A DNA stretch of 64,000 nucleotides, taken from NCBI GenBank assembly GCA_041481445.1, contig JBGPBV010000007.1:5365-69364 (forward strand), written 5' to 3'. The notes under the pieces were generated by a model. The model ran no database searches. It had not been told where the DNA came from and saw only the letters and a program-made list of their open reading frames with translations. Position 1 is the first letter of the stretch; each line of letters starts with the position of its first letter. The position numbers and the translations under genes are program-made. The DNA is from Vicinamibacteria bacterium. GTDB lineage: Bacteria > Acidobacteriota > Vicinamibacteria > Fen-336. This document shows, in pieces, positions 27,049 through 36,733 of the stretch.

Positions 27049-28278
27049 TCAGGCCAGCTTCAGGGCCACGACGGGGTCGAGCAGCGAGGCCCGTCGGGCG
27101 GGGAAATAGCCGGCGGCGAGGCCGATGACGCCCAGGAGGACGGCGGTGGTGAGGATCACCACGGCGGAGGCCTCCGGCGTGCCCACGTACTCGTCGAGCT
27201 GGTGCGGGAAGATCGCGATGACGCCCAGCGTGATCAGGAAGCCGAGCACGCCCCCCACCGCGGTCAGGGTCATCGTCTCGACCAGGAACTGGCCGAGGAT
27301 GAACCGCGGCTTGGCCCCGACCGCGAGCTTGACCCCGATCTCGCGCGTCCGCTCTTCCACCACCACGTACATGATGTTCGACACGCCGATCCCGCCCACG
27401 ATGAGGGTGAAGGACCCGATGACGCCCAGGAAGGCGCGGAAGACCCCGAAGAACACGCGGAAGAACTTCTCGCCCTCGGTGGTGTCCCACATGCCGATGG
27501 CTTCCTTGTCCTTGGGGTCGAACTTGAGACGGTGGCCGAGGATCTCGTAGACCCGGCGCGTCACGTCGGGCACCATGGCCGCGTCGTGGGCCTGGAAGAT
27601 GAAGTTGTCCACGTAGCGCTCGGTGAACAGGCCGCGGTAGGTGGACTCCGGCACGAAGGCCTTGTCCTTGTCCCGCCCGCTGTAGCTCGAGTCCTGCGCC
27701 TTCTCCTGCATGACGCCGATCACGAGGAACGGCGTGTTGTCGATCATGACCGTCTTGCCCACCGCCTCCTGGTCGTGGAAGAGGTCCTGCTTGAGCTTGT
27801 CGCCCAGGAAGACGACGCGGCGGCGCCGGTCCACGTCCACGTCGTTGAGGTAGCGCCCGCCGGCGGCGGGGATGATGTTGCGCATCACCGCGAAGATCGG
27901 GCTGTTGGCGGACATGTCGGGGGAGAGGCGCGCCCGCTCGCGGCGGAAGGTGCTCTTGTCCCGTGAGTACTCGCCGGAAAAGTCGGCCTCCGGGATCTCC
28001 CGTCGCAGGGCGGCCAGGTCCTCCTCGCTCACCCGTAGCCGCCGTCCCTTGCCCAGCCCCTGGAACGGGATCGAGGTCCGCGAGGGCCAGGCGATCACGA
28101 TGTTCTCGCCCAGCCCGTGCTGGTTCTTGGCGATGCGCTTCTGGAGGGCCTCCCCGAAGGAGACGAGGAGGGCGACGGACACCGTGCCCCAGGTGATGCC
28201 GAACAGCGTCAGGAGCGTCCGCATCTTTTGCTGCCGGACGTCCTGGAGCATCTGTCGGAGGAACGAGAGCGAGCTCAT
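27049..28278 (-). CDS. ABC transporter permease, FtsX/MacB-type (second paralog)
   Basis: Same architecture as the adjacent permease, so the exporter has a heterodimeric permease. Confidence 0.8.
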   Translation of the reverse strand: MSSLSFLRQMLQDVRQQKMRTLLTLFGITWGTVSVALLVSFGEALQKRIAKNQHGLGENIVIAWPSRTSIPFQGLGKGRRLRVSEEDLAALRREIPEADFSGEYSRDKSTFRRERARLSPDMSANSPIFAVMRNIIPAAGGRYLNDVDVDRRRRVVFLGDKLKQDLFHDQEAVGKTVMIDNTPFLVIGVMQEKAQDSSYSGRDKDKAFVPESTYRGLFTERYVDNFIFQAHDAAMVPDVTRRVYEILGHRLKFDPKDKEAIGMWDTTEGEKFFRVFFGVFRAFLGVIGSFTLIVGGIGVSNIMYVVVEERTREIGVKLAVGAKPRFILGQFLVETMTLTAVGGVLGFLITLGVIAIFPHQLDEYVGTPEASAVVILTTAVLLGVIGLAAGYFPARRASLLDPVVALKLA

Positions 28279-28309
28279 GGGGTGATCGTGGTGGTCGTGG
28301 TGGCCGCGG

Positions 28310-29401
28310 TTACTCGATCTTCTTCGGAGGCCGCTCGACCACCTGGTCCTTGGCCTTGAGGCCGTCCGCGACCTCGATGTTGATCCCGTCGGAGAGGCCG
28401 ACCTTGATCTCCTTCTTGACCGGCTCGCCCTCGCCCGCCGGCGGGACCTCGATGGTGGCCTTGCCCTCCGCGAACGTCACCAGGCGCTCGGGGATCAGCA
28501 GCACGTCCTTCTTCTCGCGCACCACGATGTCGGCGTTGGCGGAATAGCCCGCGCGCAGGACGACCCCCGAGCCCGGCTTGAGCTCCACCTCGACGTCGAA
28601 GAGAGTGGCCCCTTCCGCGGTCTTGGACTTGGGCGCGATCTTGTAGACGGTGCCCTCCACGGCGGCGTCGGGCATGGCGCCGATCTTGATGCGCGCGGGC
28701 ATGCCCTCCTTGAGCTTGCCCACGTCGATCTCGTCCACGGTGCCCTTGAAGACGAGCTGGGTCATGTCGGCGAGGGTGGTGAGGGCGGTGCCCGCCTGGT
28801 ACGAGGTCAGCGGCACCACCGGATCGCCCTCGTTGACGAGCAGCTCGAGCACGGTCCCGGAGACGGGGGCGCGGATGATGGACTCCACGTTGAGCTGCTC
28901 GGACTTCACGCGGCCCTTCTCGACCAGGGCCAGGCGCTCCTGGGCCAGGCTGAGGCGGATCTGCGCGTCCTGGATCTCCTTGTCCGCGGTGTCGGACTCC
29001 TGGTTCGAGACGATGCCCTGCTTGCTCAGCGCGGCCGTGCGGTCGGACCGCTTCTTGGCCTGGTCGAAGACGTTGCGTGCGATCTCGACTTCGCGCCGCG
29101 CCTCCGTCAGCTCCATGGGCGTGGGGTCGGGCAGGATCTCGAAGAGGGGGTCGCCGGTGGCGACGTGGTCGCCGACCTCACGGAACGAGCGCTTCACGAT
29201 GCCCGAGATCTTGCTCTTGACCGCGATCTCGCGCTTGGGGCGGATGGCGCCCACGGCCAGCGCCTTCTCGACCACGGGTCCGCGGGCGACTTCGACCAGC
29301 TTGTAGGGTTTGTCCTTCTCGGACCTGGACCGGCTGTACAGGGCCCCCGCCGCTCCCGCCGCCAGCACGACCACGCCGACTCCGATGACACCTTTGCGCA
29401 T
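28310..29401 (-). CDS. Periplasmic adaptor / membrane-fusion protein (HlyD/MacA/DevB family)
   Basis: N-terminal anchor, coiled-coil hairpin, lipoyl and beta-barrel domains. ATG at 29401 (MRKGVIGV) with GGGAG SD. The track ORF extends to 29464. Confidence 0.8.
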   Translation of the reverse strand: MRKGVIGVGVVVLAAGAAGALYSRSRSEKDKPYKLVEVARGPVVEKALAVGAIRPKREIAVKSKISGIVKRSFREVGDHVATGDPLFEILPDPTPMELTEARREVEIARNVFDQAKKRSDRTAALSKQGIVSNQESDTADKEIQDAQIRLSLAQERLALVEKGRVKSEQLNVESIIRAPVSGTVLELLVNEGDPVVPLTSYQAGTALTTLADMTQLVFKGTVDEIDVGKLKEGMPARIKIGAMPDAAVEGTVYKIAPKSKTAEGATLFDVEVELKPGSGVVLRAGYSANADIVVREKKDVLLIPERLVTFAEGKATIEVPPAGEGEPVKKEIKVGLSDGINIEVADGLKAKDQVVERPPKKIE

Positions 29402-29549
29402 CCGCGACACTCCCTTCCTCCCAGGACACCCTATAAGACGGGGCCCGACCCTCAGTGGGTTCAAAGAAATTCGGACCAGCCGAGGGATTCCTGCGGGTGG
29501 GACCGGAAGAGGGCGTTTACGGCAGGCGGGCGTTCAGGGAATTGGACGG

Positions 29550-30371
29550 CTATTTCCAGGTCAGCCGGTTCCGGTACACGTCCTGCACCTTCGAGGTCAC
29601 GACGGCCTCGACGGCCCAGTCGCTCACGTCCTCGCGCCAGACACCCGGCAGCTCCTCGAGGAGCGCGCGCTCCTGAGGCGCGACCTGCCGGGCCTTGGGG
29701 GGCAGGGGGCGCGTGGACGACTTCCCGTCCACGATCATCGAAACCTTCATCTCGCCGACGTCGATCGGCTTGCGTCCCTGGTTCCTGAGGAAGACCTTCA
29801 CCGAGTACGGCTCCCCCGGCTTCACCTCCGCGGGCTCCACGACCAGCTCGATCGTGGCCTCGACCTTCGGGGCGCGCTTCACGCCGACACCGGCGGTCTC
29901 GAACCCGCTCAGGTCGCGGCCCACCGTGCGCAGGCTCTCCGTCACCGTGGTGCCCAGGACGAAGCCGCGGACGGCGCCGGTCGGAGCCGTCGCCGCCTTG
30001 CCGGCGGGAGGCGCCACCGGAGGGGCGGGCGGAGCCGCCGGGTTGGTGGCTCCACGGGCGGCGCGCGCTCCGGTGCGGCGGGCGGGGAGCGTCGAAGACG
30101 GCGGGGCGGGGACGGCCTCGGCCACCGCCGGGCGGGCCGCCTCCGGGCTGGGTGCCGCGCTCGGCTCCGCCTCCGGAGAGGCCGCGAGCGGCGAAGGCGT
30201 GAGCGGCCCGAAGTTCGGCGGAGGCGTCGCCACCGCCGCCGTCTTCGGCCCAAGCTGGGTGCGCCACCACCAGGACGTGAGCGCCCCCGCCGCGAAGCTC
30301 ACGACGACCAGGAGCAGGAGAAGGATGGGACGCGCCGAGCCGGACTGCGAAGGGCGCGTGGTCGTGCTCAC
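29550..30371 (-). CDS. Hypothetical membrane-anchored protein with Pro/Ala-rich linker and C-terminal beta domain
   Basis: TM anchor (ILLLLLVVVSFAAGAL), about 100-aa P/A-rich low-complexity linker, globular C-terminus. Confidence 0.45.
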   Translation of the reverse strand: MSTTTRPSQSGSARPILLLLLVVVSFAAGALTSWWWRTQLGPKTAAVATPPPNFGPLTPSPLAASPEAEPSAAPSPEAARPAVAEAVPAPPSSTLPARRTGARAARGATNPAAPPAPPVAPPAGKAATAPTGAVRGFVLGTTVTESLRTVGRDLSGFETAGVGVKRAPKVEATIELVVEPAEVKPGEPYSVKVFLRNQGRKPIDVGEMKVSMIVDGKSSTRPLPPKARQVAPQERALLEELPGVWREDVSDWAVEAVVTSKVQDVYRNRLTWK

Positions 30372-30416
30372 AGGTCCCCCTCCGGGCGCCGTCGCCCCAG
30401 GACGAAGTGCCTGATT

Positions 30417-30842
30417 CTAGCGCACGACCTTGAGGGTGGCGCGGTACTCGGAGGCGGCAGGGGTGGCACCGCCGCGGGGGGCGGGATCGAGGCGGACGAG
30501 CGCGATGCGATAGCGGTCGTGCTTGACTTCGCGGGGGTAGCGACCCGACGTGTGCAGATCGTAGGCGGCGGACGCCGACTTTGCCACCACCTCGACCGCG
30601 ACCGTCGCGTCACCCTCCCAGATGCACTGGACGTCCGTCGGGCAGCGGGAGTCGTCGCGCACGGCGCGCAGGGTCAGGCGGAGCCCGGTCCCTTCGATGG
30701 CGGCGGCCTGGCCGACGGAGAGCGTGAACTCCCGGCCCAGCGGCACCGCCGGCGACGAGGCCGAGGCGACCTCGTCCTTGCAGGCGGCGGCGGTCAGGCC
30801 GATCGCGATCGTGGCCGCCAGCCCCCAGCGCGCCGCGCTCAC
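30417..30842 (-). CDS. Small putative lipoprotein with conserved Cys pair (CPTDVQC)
   Basis: GTG 30842 overlaps the rSAM stop (GTGA). Signal VSAARWGLAATIAIGLTAAAC with a lipobox-like AAAC. An alternative ATG lies at 30890. Confidence 0.4.
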   Translation of the reverse strand: MSAARWGLAATIAIGLTAAACKDEVASASSPAVPLGREFTLSVGQAAAIEGTGLRLTLRAVRDDSRCPTDVQCIWEGDATVAVEVVAKSASAAYDLHTSGRYPREVKHDRYRIALVRLDPAPRGGATPAASEYRATLKVVR

Positions 30843-32641
30843 GACGCCGCCACCCGGAGGTAGTGCGGCGAGGTGCCCAGGGCCTTCCATTTCTCGGGCA
30901 GCCGGTAGGACGGGTTCGGCGTCTCCACGCACACGCCGCAACGGATGCATCCCTGGATCTCCGGGCAGTGCGGCGAGAGCTTCTCCTGCTGGCTCTTGTC
31001 GAGCTCGCGCAGGTAGTAGCCCTTGCTCACGCCGTTGTCCACGATGTCCCACGGGAGCACCTCCTCCCGGCCGCGGCCGCGGAAGAGGTAGAAGCCCGGA
31101 TCCAGGCCGGCCGCCTTCATCCCGCGCTTGAGGTCGACGTCCTCGACCGCGGCGTGCTCCAGGGCGGCGGCCACGCGCCGGTCGGCCAGGGCCAGGATGG
31201 ACTGCGAGACGCCGGTGCGCGCGCTCTTGATGACGGCATCCACGTTGGCCATCTTCCCGAAGGCCTTGCGCAGGTACTGGAGCTTGCGGTCGGTCTCCTT
31301 CGGGTCCTCCATGGGGAGCCACTGGTAGGGCGTGCCCGGCTTGGGCACGAACGGGTTCACGGAAGGATGGATGCGGCCGACGCGGCCCCGCGCGCGCCCG
31401 ACCGCGATCATGCGGTCGCGGATCTGCTCGGTGAGGGTCACGATCCCCTCGACGTCCGCGTGCTCCTCCCAGGGCAGGCCGACCATGTAGTAGAGCTTCA
31501 GGTTCTGGATCCCGTTCTCGAAGATCCAGGTCGCGCGGTCGAGGATGTCCGTGTTCGTGAACTGCTTGTTGAGGATCCGGCGCATGCGGTCGGTCCCGCA
31601 CTCCGGGGCCAGCGTGAGCCCGTGCACGCCGGTGTCGGCCAGCTTGAGCACGAACTCCGGCGTGAGGTCGTCGAGGCGCAGGGAGGCCACCGACACCTCG
31701 TAGTCCAGAGCGGCGAGGTCGTCCACGATGGCCTCGATCTCGGGGTGGTCGCAGACCGCCGTGGAGACGAGGCCGATCTTGCCCGTGTGCCGTCTCACCT
31801 CCCGCGCGCGCCCCACGATCTCCGCGCGCGAGAATCCGCGCACGGGCAGGTAGTTGTACCCGGCCCAGCAGAACCGGCACATGCACGGGCACCCGCGCGA
31901 GATCTCCACCATGAACTTCATGGACATCTCGGTGTGCGGGGTCAGGATGACCGACTGCGGCAGGGCCATCTTCCCCGGCCAGCCGCGCTGGCGGATGACC
32001 CGGCCCGGCCCGTCGTAGCCGGCCACGGTGCCGTCGGCGTGGTAGCGCACCTCGTGCCGGCTGGGCACGTAGAAGCCGTCCTTCTCGTGGAGGCTCTCGA
32101 TCCCGCGCCGCGCGTCGGGCGCCCCGGCCAGGGCCTCGACCAGCCGCGGCACCAGCGCCTCGCCCTCCCCCACCGCGACGAGGTCGGCGAAGGGCGCGAG
32201 CGGCTCCGGGTTGAGGAACACCGCCGCCCCCCCGAGGACGACGATCGGGTCGCCCGGACCGCGGTCGGCCGCGCGCAGGGGAATCCCGGCCAGGCGCAGC
32301 ATGCGCAGGACGTACACGTAGTCGTTCTCGAACGACACCGAGAAGGCGAGCACGTGGAAGCTCCGGAGGCCGGAGCCGGTCTCGACCGTCGTCAGCGGAT
32401 GGCCGGACCGCTCCAGGTCCTCCCGGTCCACGTCGTCGGGGAGGAAGGCCCGCTCGCACAGCACGTCCGGGTGCGCGTTGAGCATCTGGTAGACGCTGTG
32501 GAACCCGAGGTTCGACATCCCGACGAAGTACAGGTTCGGGTAGCACAGGGCGATGCGGAAGCGGCCCGCCTGCTTGACGTCCTGCAGGGGGAGCTCTGCC
32601 TCACGATGACCGCGGTGACGCTCGTGCAACAGGCGCGACAT
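30839..32641 (-). CDS. B12-binding-domain radical SAM protein (TIGR03960-like uncharacterized rSAM family)
   Basis: N-terminal B12-binding-like domain (ALCYPNLYFVGMSNLGFHSVY). Radical SAM CxxxCxxC (CPCMCRFCWAGY). C-terminal Cys cluster (CPEIQGCIRCGVC). Confidence 0.75.
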   Translation of the reverse strand: MSRLLHERHRGHREAELPLQDVKQAGRFRIALCYPNLYFVGMSNLGFHSVYQMLNAHPDVLCERAFLPDDVDREDLERSGHPLTTVETGSGLRSFHVLAFSVSFENDYVYVLRMLRLAGIPLRAADRGPGDPIVVLGGAAVFLNPEPLAPFADLVAVGEGEALVPRLVEALAGAPDARRGIESLHEKDGFYVPSRHEVRYHADGTVAGYDGPGRVIRQRGWPGKMALPQSVILTPHTEMSMKFMVEISRGCPCMCRFCWAGYNYLPVRGFSRAEIVGRAREVRRHTGKIGLVSTAVCDHPEIEAIVDDLAALDYEVSVASLRLDDLTPEFVLKLADTGVHGLTLAPECGTDRMRRILNKQFTNTDILDRATWIFENGIQNLKLYYMVGLPWEEHADVEGIVTLTEQIRDRMIAVGRARGRVGRIHPSVNPFVPKPGTPYQWLPMEDPKETDRKLQYLRKAFGKMANVDAVIKSARTGVSQSILALADRRVAAALEHAAVEDVDLKRGMKAAGLDPGFYLFRGRGREEVLPWDIVDNGVSKGYYLRELDKSQQEKLSPHCPEIQGCIRCGVCVETPNPSYRLPEKWKALGTSPHYLRVAAS

Positions 32642-32696
32642 GGGCAGCAGGCGATTTTACCGCACTTCGGCCGGGCGGGCGCCGCCGGGGCCTAGG

Positions 32697-33896
32697 ATGG
32701 AAGGGATGGGGGCCAATCGCGGGCGTCGCGCCTATGACTGGGCGCCGTGGGCGGGGGTGGCGCGGACGGCGGAGGCGGAGCCCCCGGACGTCGCCGCCGA
32801 CCCCGGCGCGCAGACCGCGGCCGCGGAGCGCCGCGGCCGCCGCGTACGCTCGCCGGCACTGACCGGCCTCTTCGTGCTGGCCTGCATCTACACGCTGTCG
32901 ATCGCCCGCCCGTTCCTGGTGCCGCTCGCCGTGGGGCTGATCGTCTACTTCCTCCTGCGGCCGCCGGTGCGGACGCTGAAGGCGGCCCACGTGCCGGAGC
33001 CGCTGGGGGCGGCCCTCGTCCTGCTCGCGCTGTTCGCGGTGCTGGGCGCCGGCCTGTACGCGCTGTCCTGGCCGGCCGCGGCCTGGGCCGCGCGGGCGCC
33101 GGAGAGCGTTCACCGCGTGGAAGAGAGGCTGCGCCCGGTGGCCCGGCGGCTCCGACGCCTCAGCCACACTGCCGAAGAGATGGGGCGGATCACCGAGGCC
33201 ACCGCCCCCGCCTCGCCCACCCCGGAAGTGAAGATCAAGGAGCCGACCTTCGGCGCCCTGTTCGTGGGCGGCGTCCAGTCGTTCCTGGCCGGCACCGTCG
33301 TCGTCCTCACCCTCGTGTATTTCATGCTCGCGGAGGGTGACGGCCTGCTGCGCAAGGTCATCCGCGCCTATCCCCGCCTCAAGGACCGCCAGCGGGCGGT
33401 GGCCATCGCGCACGAGATGGAGCAGCAGATCTCGGGCTACCTGTTCTTCTCGACGGTGATGAACGTGCTCTTCGGCGTCGTCGTGGCCCTCGTCATGTGG
33501 CTGCTGGGCATGCCCAACCCGATGCTCTGGGGAGTCGTGGCCGGCGTCACGAAGTTCATCCCGTACCTGGGCGGGCTCGTCTGCACGGTGGTGCTGGCCC
33601 TGGCCTCGATCGTCACCTTCGACGACTTGTGGTGGGCCCTGCTGGTGCCGGCGGTGTTCCTGGCCATCGACACCGTGCACGGCAACGTCCTGCTGCCCCT
33701 CCTGATAGGGAAGCGCTTCACCCTCGATCCCACCGTCCTCTTCGTGGGCCTCTTCTTCTGGTGGTTCGTGTGGGGAACGGCGGGAGCGCTCCTGGCCGTC
33801 CCCATGATGTCCGCCCTGCGGATCTTCTGCGATCACGTGGACGGGCTTCAGCGCGTGGGCCGGCTCCTGGGCGGGTCCGACCAGCCCGCCGCCTGA
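32697..33896 (+). CDS. AI-2E family transporter (PerM/UPF0118 permease)
   Basis: About 8 TM helices with the characteristic C-terminal region (KFIPYLGG...). ATG 32697 within the track ORF. Confidence 0.75.
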   Translation: MEGMGANRGRRAYDWAPWAGVARTAEAEPPDVAADPGAQTAAAERRGRRVRSPALTGLFVLACIYTLSIARPFLVPLAVGLIVYFLLRPPVRTLKAAHVPEPLGAALVLLALFAVLGAGLYALSWPAAAWAARAPESVHRVEERLRPVARRLRRLSHTAEEMGRITEATAPASPTPEVKIKEPTFGALFVGGVQSFLAGTVVVLTLVYFMLAEGDGLLRKVIRAYPRLKDRQRAVAIAHEMEQQISGYLFFSTVMNVLFGVVVALVMWLLGMPNPMLWGVVAGVTKFIPYLGGLVCTVVLALASIVTFDDLWWALLVPAVFLAIDTVHGNVLLPLLIGKRFTLDPTVLFVGLFFWWFVWGTAGALLAVPMMSALRIFCDHVDGLQRVGRLLGGSDQPAA

Positions 33897-33897
33897 G

Positions 33898-35097
33898 CTA
33901 CTCCGCCCCTCCGCCCCCCTGCTTGCGCAGGAACGCGGGGACGTCGAGGTCGAGGCGTCCGCCCCCGGAGGCCGCCTTCGTGGTCGGGGTCTTGCGGTAG
34001 AACCCGCCCGCCTCCGTCGGCGCCATCGACGCCGACTGCGCGGAGGGGCCGACGTAGTTGGCGAGATCGACGGGAGTCGGCGCCACCTTGCGCGAGCCCT
34101 TGTTGAAGCCGGTGGCGATCACGGTGACCTTGACCGCGTCCCCCATCGACTCGTCGGTCACGATGCCGTAGATCACGTTGGCCTCGGGGTCGGCGACCTT
34201 GGTGATCAGGCTGGTGGCCTCGGAGGCCTCGGCCAGGCTGAGGTCGATCCCGCCCGTGATGTTCACGATGATCCCGCGCGCCCCCTCGATCGAGCTGTCC
34301 TCGAGCAACGGGTTGGAGACGGCGCGCTGGGCCGCCTCCACCGCGCGGTTCTCTCCCTCCCCGATCCCGGTGCCCATCACCGCATGGCCCATCCCCTTCA
34401 TCACCGCGCGCACGTCCGCGAAGTCGAGGTTGATCTGGCCGGGGACGGTGATGATGTCCGAGATGCCCTGCACGGCCTGGCGCAGGACGTCGTCGGCCAC
34501 GCGGAAGGCCTCGGAGACGGGGGTGTGCCGCGCGACCGTCTGCAGGAGCCGGTCGTTGGGGATCGCGATCACGCTGTCCACGCACTCGCGGAGCTGGGCC
34601 AGGCCTTCCATGGCCTGGGCCATGCGCCGCTTGCCCTCCAGGCTGAAGGGCAGCGTCACCACCGCCACCGTCAGCACGCTGCCGTTCTCGCCTCCGAGCT
34701 GGCTGGCAATGGAGGCGACCACGGGGGCGGCGCCCGTGCCCGTCCCCCCGCCGAGGCCGGTGGTGATGAACACCATGTCCGACCCCTCGAGGGCGTCGCA
34801 CACCTTCTCGGTGTCCTCCACCGCGGCCTGCCGCCCCACGTCGGGGTTGGCGCCCGCGCCCAGGCCCTTGGTGAGCTTGCCCCCGATCTGGATCTTGACC
34901 GGGGCGCGGTTGGAGCGCAGGGCCTGGAGGTCGGTGTTGATGGCGATGAACTCCACGCCCTGCAGGCCCGAGGCGATCATGCGGCTGATGGCGTTGCCGC
35001 CGCCGCCGCCCACGCCGACCACCTTGATGTGGGCGCCGCGCGTCTCGTCGTCCGCGAAGGTGATGCGGCCGGGACCGTCGTTCATTTCGTTCGGCAT
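33898..35097 (-). CDS. ftsZ: Cell division GTPase FtsZ
   Basis: GGGTGTG tubulin signature ([19 protein letters not shown]), T7 loop NLDFADV, conserved C-terminal peptide [19 protein letters not shown] upstream. Confidence 0.97.
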   Translation of the reverse strand: MPNEMNDGPGRITFADDETRGAHIKVVGVGGGGGNAISRMIASGLQGVEFIAINTDLQALRSNRAPVKIQIGGKLTKGLGAGANPDVGRQAAVEDTEKVCDALEGSDMVFITTGLGGGTGTGAAPVVASIASQLGGENGSVLTVAVVTLPFSLEGKRRMAQAMEGLAQLRECVDSVIAIPNDRLLQTVARHTPVSEAFRVADDVLRQAVQGISDIITVPGQINLDFADVRAVMKGMGHAVMGTGIGEGENRAVEAAQRAVSNPLLEDSSIEGARGIIVNITGGIDLSLAEASEATSLITKVADPEANVIYGIVTDESMGDAVKVTVIATGFNKGSRKVAPTPVDLANYVGPSAQSASMAPTEAGGFYRKTPTTKAASGGGRLDLDVPAFLRKQGGGGAE

Positions 35098-35104
35098 GAT
35101 TCTC

Positions 35105-35305
35105 CTAAATCCCCTCCGAGCAGCCGGTCATGAACCCGCAGCGCAGGCAGATGCGCTTGCAATGGGACGCGATCACGGAGGACCCGCACATCTCGCAGCG
35201 AGGCTCGCCCTCGCGGGGCAGGAACACGCCCGGACGGACGGCCTCCCGCACGCGCTGGTGCGGCACCGGGACCGGCGGAAAGACGACGCCCTCCTTGACG
35301 TCCAT
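35105..35305 (-). CDS. Small Cys-rich (zinc-ribbon-like) protein encoded between ftsA and ftsZ
   Basis: 66 codons with about 90% GC3 (genome-typical coding bias). Cys pattern CEMC...HCKRIC..CLRC..GC. The stop codon TAG lies inside the ftsZ Shine-Dalgarno (TAGGAGA). Confidence 0.45.
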   Translation of the reverse strand: MDVKEGVVFPPVPVPHQRVREAVRPGVFLPREGEPRCEMCGSSVIASHCKRICLRCGFMTGCSEGI

Positions 35306-35477
35306 CGCGCCTCCTTTTTTGGCAGGGGGGGCACTCGCGGTGTGCCCGAATGGGCGCTTCGCGTCCCCCCCTGCAACCCCCCTCGCGCGACCGCCGCCGC
35401 CTTCGGCGGCGCCGGCGCGCTCTACGTGTCCTCCTGCCCTCCTGATGTCCTCCTGCCCTCGCGCCCTGCCTTCTGCT

Positions 35478-36725
35478 CTAGAAGAAGTCCGACAGCCAAC
35501 CCATGAGACGTCCCGTGACCTTTCCGAACGTGCCCGTCGCCGCCGGGCGCATCAGGCCGACCCCTCGGCGCTCACGGTTGTGGAAGCCCCAGAGGACGAG
35601 GCCCACCGCCGTCGAGTAGACGGGGCTGGCCACCACGTCGACCAGCCCCCCGATGCCGGACGGGGTTCCACGCCGCACGGGCATGTCGAAGATCTGCTCG
35701 GCGATCTCCGGCATGCCCTCGAGGATGGCGCCCCCGCCCGTCAGCACCACGCCGCTGTTCAGGCTGCGATCGAACCCGGCCCGTCGGATCTCGGTGAGGG
35801 CGAGCTGGCAGATCTCCTCCGCGCGCGCCTGGAGGACGTCGCCCAGCACCTGGCGCGCCATGATCCGGGGCTTCCGCCCGCCCACGGAGGGGACCTCGAT
35901 GGAGTCGTCCTCCGGGATCATCGAGACCAGCGCGCACCCGTGCTTCTTCTTGATCTTCTCCGCCTCGTTGACGGGGGTCCGGAGGGCCACCGCCACGTCG
36001 TTCGTGAAATGCTCGCCCCCGACCTGTAACACGGCGGTGTGCCAGAGCGAGCCCTTTTCGAAGATGGCCAGGTCGGTCGTCCCGCCCCCGATGTCGACCA
36101 GGGCCACCCCCAGCTCCTTCTCGTCGGGGGTCAGGCAGGCCTCGGCGGCGCTCAACTGGGTGAGGACGGTGTCCGTGACCTCCAGGCCGGCGCGGTTGAC
36201 GCAGGTGACGGTGTTCTGGGCGGCGGTGGAGGCGCAGGTGATGACGTGGACGTTGACCTCCAGCCGGGTGCCCGTCATCCCGCTGGGATCGCCGATGCCG
36301 TCCTGGTCGTCCACCACGAACTCCTGGGGCAGGACGTGCAGGATCTCGCGGTCGAGGGGGATGGAGACGGCCTTGGCCGCCTCGATCACGCGCGCGACGT
36401 CGTCGCGCTCGATCGTGCGGTTCTTGCTGGAGACGGCGATGACGCCACGCGAGTTGAACCCGCGGATGTGGGTGCCGGCCAGTCCGACGTAGGCGGACCC
36501 GATCTCGACCCCCGCCATCAGCTCCGCCTCCTCCACCACCCGCTTGATGGAGTCGACGGTGGCCTCGAGGTTGATCACGACGCCCTTGCGCAGGCCCTTG
36601 CTCTCCGCCTGGCCGATGCCGATGATGTCGAGCCGGCCCTCGTCGGTGATCTCGGCCACGATCGCGCAGACCTTGTGCGTGCCGACGTCGAGCCCCACGA
36701 CGTAGCGTTCTTTCTTCTTTGCCAC
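35478..36725 (-). CDS. ftsA: Cell division protein FtsA
   Basis: Actin-like ATPase motifs (VVGLDVGTHKV, DIGGGTTD, GVVLTGGGA) and a C-terminal amphipathic tail. Confidence 0.95.
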   Translation of the reverse strand: MAKKKERYVVGLDVGTHKVCAIVAEITDEGRLDIIGIGQAESKGLRKGVVINLEATVDSIKRVVEEAELMAGVEIGSAYVGLAGTHIRGFNSRGVIAVSSKNRTIERDDVARVIEAAKAVSIPLDREILHVLPQEFVVDDQDGIGDPSGMTGTRLEVNVHVITCASTAAQNTVTCVNRAGLEVTDTVLTQLSAAEACLTPDEKELGVALVDIGGGTTDLAIFEKGSLWHTAVLQVGGEHFTNDVAVALRTPVNEAEKIKKKHGCALVSMIPEDDSIEVPSVGGRKPRIMARQVLGDVLQARAEEICQLALTEIRRAGFDRSLNSGVVLTGGGAILEGMPEIAEQIFDMPVRRGTPSGIGGLVDVVASPVYSTAVGLVLWGFHNRERRGVGLMRPAATGTFGKVTGRLMGWLSDFF

Positions 36726-36733
36726 TTGGGTTC

